Source: Chara braunii
Taxonomy: Eukaryota > Plantae > Charophyceae
NCBI GenBank assembly: GCA_003427395.1
Contig: BFEA01000005.1
Location: forward strand, 6,304,970-6,361,307
Direction: 5' to 3'
Length of the DNA stretch: 56,338 nt
Positions 49,606 to 56,338 of this stretch are shown here, in pieces. How positions within the stretch are numbered: the stretch's first letter is position 1; the number at the start of each line of letters is the position of its first letter. Under the pieces are notes generated by a model. It was not told where the DNA came from. It made no database searches and was given only the letters and a program-made list of their open reading frames with translations. Made by a program: the position numbers and the translations under genes.

Positions 49606-51455
49606 TCACTGTACCGTTAGTTTTTGTTGAACATATTGTTTTATCATATATGTCGTCTCTCCCTTCGCTATGCAAACCCCCTCTATAACATGTATACAAC
49701 GTTTCCTCCACAGGGTCCATATGACCGCTCTCCTCCCTATTTTAAGCATGTTATTTTCAAAAGTGCTATCCGTGGTGGAGATCCATGTCTCGCATAGTAT
49801 GGTCTTCCAATCCCAAGGCCACTTTGACCCAGTGCCCAACTGGGATCATATCCTATCCCACCAACTCCATGTAAGAACTGCCCCCGGACACTGCATGAAG
49901 ATGTGCTCTATGGGTTTGGGATTTTGCGGGAGGAGAAGACAGTATGGCACGATTTACACCATGGTAACACCCTCCCCTTCTGCTCTAAAGAGGTCTGACC
50001 TATCAACCAATCGTTGGTGGGAAGGCTACGATGTTCTATCTGCCACTGAAGCAAGACCATCTTTGCTGGCCTAAACCTGGTAGCAGTGAACCATTGAATA
50101 GGGAGGACAGCTTCAATCCCCACGTTTAATTGGGACCTCCATCGGTCCTTCACCTTTTCTTTAATGTACTTTTGGTCGCAGCAGTCGGTATGTTGCCTTC
50201 GTCGTCAGATTGTACAACTTCGCATTTCCCTGAGATCTGCATTTTCGTGGGTGTGCCCATTGCCAATCCTCTGGATCTAAGGGGAGTTCTGCCAATGGGG
50301 TATTTGGCTGATATGCAATCCAGGCGTCCTTGTCTCGCAGCATGCGAATCCCGTGTAGTTCCATATTTTTTCCCCATCTCGTCACTTCAGGGGTGTACCG
50401 AGTGAGAACGTTATCTTTGCCTATGTGGAAAAGGTTAATAATAAGTGTTTCATTTGCTCGTGCGTCCACCATATTTCCTACACTTTCTGAGTCCCCCATA
50501 ACGTTTACCCAGTCCCCTTCTACCAGTCGTGGCCCTTTGCGAAGGATGGGCAGCCAGTCCAGGGGAATAGTGAAGATCAGCAGTTCGAGGTTCTCTTCAA
50601 CATTGTGCCAATATTTTAATGTGACCTTATGTTGCGGCACCGTTTTCCAGTCCTCTTTTTGTGAGTCCCAAATATCCTTTCGTCTAATTACGCCTTTTTT
50701 TACCCAGCTGCACCACGGGGTGACTGAGCTGCAATACACCCTGCCGCACTGGTCCGTAACCCTCCTATTTCCAAAGAGGGGTTCGCGCATCACTTCCTCC
50801 CACCTCGTCGGCGGGGGGGTATCAGGAATTGGAAGTTGGCACCAGGCTCTTAAGACCCTGGCCCAGAAGCCGTCCCTGGCCGTACAGATTGTTCCTCTGT
50901 TCGATCCTTGACTATCTCGAGTGTTAAGTGGCATGGTCTAGAAACAGTCTTCTAGCCAGGTCAACGGGTTAACATCCTGTGGTGCTTGTGGAGCGAGTCT
51001 GGCTATCTGTTCCAATGCAATGGTATACCATGGGAGAGGATGTGTAAAGAGCAGTCTCTTGACCCATTGAACCATTAATGCTGTGACCTGTGTATCCGGG
51101 TCCAGAATCTCCAGCCCCCTTTTGTCCTTGGGATGGACGACTGATGACCAAGCTCCCCTGCTGATGACATTCGAGAGCTCACCATTGCCTCTCCACTGCA
51201 GGGCTCTTAACTGTCGTTTTAGTGATCGGATGGCCTCCTTACTAAGAGCCCAGATTGCGGATTTATACTAAAGGGCCGCCAGCACAACACTGTTAATCAC
51301 CAGCGCGCTACCTAGTAGGGAGGTGTGTTGGTCCTTCCAGTGGGCTAGCTTTTCTAACGCGGGTTCAAGTATCCACTCATCATTCGATGCAAGCTTACCT
51401 AGTGCCGTCAACATGATTCCCAGTACCCTAACCGGGCCTTCTTCTGGGAGCAAAT
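49606..51455 (-). mobile_element. 5'-truncated L1/Tx1-type non-LTR retrotransposon, post-RT part of ORF2 with C-terminal Cys/His finger (pseudogene)
   Basis: VRVLGI...WKDQHTSLLGSALVINSVVLA...AWSSVVHPKDKRGLEILD...FWARVLRAW...EPLFGN...CKSC...HIFMQC...IWTLWRKRC, typical L1-clade ORF2 motifs. Contains stops and frameshifts. Confidence 0.88.
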
Positions 51456-52725
51456 GTCACCCTCAGCCAAAAGTCGTTTGTATTACAATTCTACACCACA
51501 TTTTTTTTTCCCAGAATTTTTTGATTTTTTTGATTTTTTCATTTTTTTTGCGCTGGGGCTGCCCAGAACCCTGCCCGGGGGCTCATGACCGGCCAGGCAC
51601 CCGGGCGGGTACCCGGGCACAAGTTGGGTGCCCAGGCACCCGGAAAAACAGCCAAGTTTTTTCCAGCTTATCAAAATGCCGCAAAAATTTATGGGCATAT
51701 GCCTTATCTGCAGAAGAATCCACAGATTTTTTTTTTTTGAAAAGTAAAAGTATTTAGATATTTTAGTGTAGATTCAGACAGAGGGCTCCAGTCAGACGTT
51801 TGGCCCAGTTGTCCGGGCGGACATCCCAGACAGTCAGGGGGGTCCGGGACGTCCAATCAGGTAACATAGGTTTTGACTGAGTAGGCCAGCTATCCTTCGA
51901 TGTTTCTAATTGACTCTCAGCCAAAGCCGCCTAATGGCCCCATCCCCCGTATTTTACATGTTTTGTATTTCCATGGAATGCTGGGCCCGGTTCCCAGAAC
52001 GTGTTGCTCCCCACAAAGAGATTGGAGATGGAGCTCTCAAGAAAATACAACTAACCTAGGCTACCAGAGTGGCCCGGGACCACTGCACGGCCGGGCCAAG
52101 AAAAAAAAATAAAAACAAAAACAAAGAAATGTTTTTTATTTAAATTTTTATTTTGAATTTGGTAAGGAATTTTCAATCTGACCCTGAGGCGAAAGTTGTT
52201 CAGTTTAGTTTTCTGCATGACATTATTTTAAAAAAAAAAAATTTCCTTCTTTTTTGCTGGGACCTTTGGTCCTTGCATGGCTGGGCCGGCCGCGCAAACA
52301 AGGGGCCGTGACCCAGGCGGCCCGGCTGCTAGCCTGCCAACCATGAGAAAAAGACAAAAAAACCAGGAAATATTGATCGGGGGAACAAATTGAGCGCTTG
52401 AGCTCCATTGAAGTAAATAATTTACAATATAAACACAGTTTGTTTCGATCTTAGGTAAAACGAACCAAGAGAACTTGAAAACCACAGGAAGCTTTAAAAA
52501 AAAAAAAAAAAACACAGGAAGGAGTCAGAACCAAGGCCGTCCCTAATAATGGTTTTTCGAAGCGACCCCCCCCCCTCCTCCCCTTAAAAGCCGTAATGTA
52601 CAGTAGCCTTTTTTTTTCACCACCCTCTTTCAGAACTCGAAGCATAGTTCTCCGAAACTATACGCCCGTCGAAAAGAAAGAAAAAAAGGAAAAAACTAAA
52701 ATCTGTAATGTACAGTAACCATTTT

Positions 52726-52765
52726 CACTTCTCGATTTATGCGTGTCACCCTTGCGCAGGGGCCA
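52726..52765 (-). pseudogene. U6: U6 snRNA 3'-half fragment
   Basis: The reverse complement TGGCCCCTGCGCAAGGGTGACACGCATAAATCGAGAAGTG nearly matches the 3' half of plant U6. Confidence 0.88.
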
Positions 52766-52943
52766 CCACCTCTTTTGAAGTACAGTTCCTGCGAGCTAGA
52801 AGCCGCCCCCGCCCCCCGAAAAAAAAAAAAAAAAGAAAAAAAAAAAAAACACTAGAAACCCGTCAAAAAGAAGGGAATAGAGAACTGAAAACCCATCAAC
52901 TATGATCACCCGGTCTTCCATCTATCAAGTTATTCAACTGAAG

Positions 52944-53630
52944 TTGACTTTGACTGAATATGTTCCGGGCTGTAGATTGTCTATCCCTGAATGGAAATAC
53001 ATGGCGTGGACTTTGACTGGATGCTACCTACCTAGCGGATTGCTGACCTGCCGTAATAATAAATACATGGCTCTGATTTTGACAGAATATGATCAACATC
53101 ATATATCATTGACCCACCAAATAATTAATAATAAAGAAACAAATGCCGCACCAAATAATCAATAAATAAATTGAGTAAAAAATAAAAATAAAAATAATAA
53201 AATAAATAAATAAATAAATGCCACTGACTTTGACTGCACGTGATCTACGTGGAGCGTGGTTGACCCATCCAGTAATACATAAACAACGGCTGTTGACTTT
53301 GACTAAATACGATGTCCACCGTACATCGTTGACCTGTCAAGTAACGAGTAAATGGCATTGACTTTGCCTAAATATGACAGAGGTCGTATATCTTTATTTA
53401 ACTCGCCAAATAATAAATAAATGAATTAATGCCACTAGCCAAATAATAAATAAATAAATGCCGCTGACCTTGACTGGATGCAATACGTGACAGCGTTGTT
53501 CGACCATCAAGTGCTAAGTAAAATACACGGTGTTGACTTTGACCGAGTTCGATCTCCGCCGTACATTCTTCACCAGTAAATCAATAATTAAATACGTGCA
53601 TAAATAAATTGATTGCGTTGACTTTGACCG
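52944..53630 (+). repeat. Array of ~9 TGACTTTGAC units (~65-bp spacing), rich in W-box cores (TTGACY)
   Basis: Motif at 52944, 53007, 53073, 53224, 53293, 53358, 53464, 53533 and 53618. A secondary TTGACC lies ~36 nt downstream in several units (53109, 53260, 53329). Confidence 0.85.
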
Positions 53631-54601
53631 ACCAACCCCTCAGTGACACTCATTCTGTTTTGTCCAACGGGGGATGTACAGCCTGAGCGTGTCACTGGGA
53701 GAGGTACGCGAGCCACCTACGGTACCCCCGACCGGATGCCTGCCTGGTAGATGTAGAGATTACGTGATGATCGACGGTCAGGCCAAGAATGAAACAAGTG
53801 CAAAGTTCCGGCCAGAGAGGGAGCTTGGCGCGCTTCTCTCCTGTGGAGAGGGATGACGGATGATGATGACGACCATGTTTAAGACGAAAAGCCAAATCAC
53901 AAAAAAAAGAAAGCAAAAGAAAAGCAACTTGTTACATCTCCCTTCTTCTTCTTCGCTGGATCGGGATCTCGTCCTCCCCTTCCTCGGGAGTCCTGATGGG
54001 TGTCGGCATCCCGCTGGACAGTCGTTACCTTTGGCTGAGAAGATGGTATGGTATTTCCAAGACGTTGACGACCGGTCACTGCTAACTCTGCTGGTCGCAA
54101 GAGGCCTCCTGATGCCGCAAGTGGCCGCCGCCGCCCACCGACGACCGGTCATTCCCAGGGGTCATTACCGTTGTCATTGTCGTCGTCGTCATCCTGCTCG
54201 CGATCGTCGCAGGCGACGACACGTCAACTCCACCGCCCAACTCTTCAACAACCCGCTGTCACTCGACGACGACAAGCGACCGGTCGTCGTAACCCGGCGG
54301 CGAACCAGCAGCTACCAACGTTTACGGGTCGGTTTTGCCCTTACCCCCCCCGCCTTCGCGTTTCTCACCGACTCCTCCTCGGCCATCGACCGGTCGCCGC
54401 CGCTGCCACCGCCACCAGGACTCACTCCGTCCCCAGTCGCCGCCATCACTACCAATAATAGCATCTTCACTCGAACACAACGCCCCCTGGTCATTAACCG
54501 TGCATCCACAAAGGGGGTAGTTGCACCACATACACAGCGATGATGACCAGGGGCGAGGGGGAGAGGGAAGGGGTCTGTTCGTGTGAAAAAAAGGACGGTG
54601 A

Positions 54602-55516
54602 TCAACGATTTCCCCGACCCTCCATCACCGCCATAGATGGGGCCTGCAAGAACCCGCCACGTATCTGCGCTGCCACGTCAGCAACCGCACTCGGATTGCT
54701 CGGAACGAACACGGTCGTGTTCTTTGAGTGTGATCCGATGTCCTTCATGGTGTCGAAATATTGCGTAATCAGCACCAAATCGAGGATGTCTTTTGCAGAA
54801 GTGCCCTTGACTTGTTGGGAGAAGGAGGTGACACTCTCTCTCAGCCCGTCGACGATGGCTTGTCTCTGCCGCGCGACGCCTAGTCCCGACAAGTACTTGG
54901 CCTCCGCCTCCCCTTCCGCAAGCTTCACCTGGAGGATCTTCTCCGCCTCCGCCTTCTCGTTCGCTGCCAGTCGCATTCGCGCGGCGGCGTTGATCTCATT
55001 CATGGATCGTTTGACGACGGGATCGGGTTCGATGTCAGTGATCAGCGTCTGCTCGATGTCGTAGCCGAAACTTCCCATAACTTTCTCCAGCTCCGTCTTG
55101 ACGGAGTGGGCTATATCGTCTTTCTGCCCGAAGACATCGTCGAGAATCAGCTTCGGTACCGAGGCCCGAACCACATCAAACACGTAGGCTTGAATCTGTA
55201 ACCTCGGGTTAGTGAGCTTGTAGAATGCATCCTTCGCTCGCGCCTCCTCGGCTCGATACTGCACAGATACCACAACGTTCACAAACACGTTGTCCTTCGT
55301 CTTGGTCTCGCATTTCACATCCAGCTGTTGCAGGCGAAGACTGACCAGTCCCGACACCCATTCGCAACAAAAAATGTTGATGAAGTGACATCCCGCTCCC
55401 ACCACCCTGCTGAACTTCCCGCATTGCTCCAAAATGCCCACCTTGGACTGCGGCACACAGATGAAGCAGAGGCAGCAACCGCAACAAGGCGGGGGAATTA
55501 CCGCCAGGCTGGACAT
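54602..55516 (-). CDS. HIR: Hypersensitive-induced response protein (SPFH/band-7/PHB domain membrane-microdomain scaffold), 304 aa, single coding exon
   Basis: Intact ORF with HIR-family motifs: [22 protein letters not shown]-like segment, [81 protein letters not shown], and [13 protein letters not shown]. Confidence 0.97.
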   Translation of the reverse strand: MSSLAVIPPPCCGCCLCFICVPQSKVGILEQCGKFSRVVGAGCHFINIFCCEWVSGLVSLRLQQLDVKCETKTKDNVFVNVVVSVQYRAEEARAKDAFYKLTNPRLQIQAYVFDVVRASVPKLILDDVFGQKDDIAHSVKTELEKVMGSFGYDIEQTLITDIEPDPVVKRSMNEINAAARMRLAANEKAEAEKILQVKLAEGEAEAKYLSGLGVARQRQAIVDGLRESVTSFSQQVKGTSAKDILDLVLITQYFDTMKDIGSHSKNTTVFVPSNPSAVADVAAQIRGGFLQAPSMAVMEGRGNR

Positions 55517-55982
55517 GTCGCCTGCCGCCCTGCAGGCTGGCGGATGGGACGGGTCGCTGAAGTCCGAAAATTCCTTGTACTGAATACAGAAATTGCTTCC
55601 TTGATAGACAGATTGGTGAAGGGCCCCTTAGTTGAAGTGTGGAGAAGGGGGGTAATTAACACCCCGCAAGGCGGGACATGCCTACGGCGTACAGGGTGGT
55701 GGATGGGCGGGATCCTTTCGAAGTCCGAAAAACAGTTGTTTGATCAGAGGATTGGTTGGTTTAAAGGCGTTGGTTGAAGTGTTGAGGAGGAGGTTAATTA
55801 CTAGGAACAACGACAGGCTGAGCGCGAGACGAGATGATACACGCCGTCGGTATCTGGATTTGATAAGAAGGTCCGACCGGAACGGATAGTATCTGATCTG
55901 ATCTATCACTTGTCGTGTATGGGTCTTCTTAGCAACAGCGCAGAAGACTACAGGCCGTCGATGTCATGCATGACCTGATCTC

Positions 55983-56054
55983 ATTGGATAATGATTGGAT
56001 TGGATATCCAAATTGGACTACAAAAGATTTCATTGGATAAGATTAGATTGGATT
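55983..56054 (-). promoter_or_regulatory. Cluster of six CCAAT boxes upstream of HIR
   Basis: ATTGG at 55983, 55994, 55999, 56012, 56032 and 56047 (CCAAT on the gene strand), partly within a 25-bp local duplication. Confidence 0.5.
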
Positions 56055-56267
56055 CCCTGGAGAGACAGCAACAAGGGCGATTAGCAATGGGAAATGTGTA
56101 TGCCAAAATGAACAGAGAGAACAAAATAGTCAGAATTTGAATTTAACAATCGAATAAAGACTTTTGACGAAGGAATTAAAAAAAAAGGAATAAAGAGAAG
56201 AAATGTTACACAATTATTTATTGCACTTGCAAAAGAACAGCCAGGTAACAAACCAAGAACAACCCAC

Positions 56268-56268
<1 letters not shown>

Positions 56269-56338
<70 letters not shown>
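56269..56338. repeat. (TC)n microsatellite (GAGA tract on the HIR sense strand)
   Basis: Seen directly; runs to the window edge. Confidence 0.98.

Noticed and set aside
52944-53630. CRISPR or box C/D guide array
   Set aside because: Repeats are short and degenerate, spacing is irregular, there are no canonical RUGAUGA/CUGA pairs and no associated effector gene.
53860-55064. Plus-strand ORFs 53860-54543 and 54540-55064
   Set aside because: They are the antisense shadow of the HIR CDS and its GC-rich 3' region, with low-complexity translations and no domain.

Overview
Eukaryotic, transposon-dominated genomic DNA. The style of the Gypsy gag/pol remnants suggests a charophyte green alga such as Chara; this is inference, not a database result. 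The only intact gene is an intronless SPFH/band-7 hypersensitive-induced-response (HIR) gene (54602-55516, minus strand). The rest is decayed mobile DNA: two Ty3/Gypsy remnants primed by tRNA-Asp, a 5'-truncated L1/Tx1-type LINE, a possible hAT remnant, two TIR miniature elements, two U6 snRNA-derived pseudogenes, several satellites, an assembly gap and a leftover Nextera mate-pair adapter. The most unusual signals are non-coding or accessory. (1) Two oppositely oriented copies of a large element carry arrays of ~60-bp stem-loops with a nearly invariant CA-TAAGT-TG apex and co-varying stems. (2) A ~450-nt co-varying structured segment lies at two LTR 3' ends. (3) A motif complementary to the tRNA-Asp anticodon arm recurs at three LTR ends. 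(4) An array of TGACTTTGAC (double W-box) motifs with hairpin-forming spacers lies next to the HIR gene. (5) An extra repeated-domain ORF precedes one gag. All alignments were done by eye, so boundaries of decayed elements are approximate.
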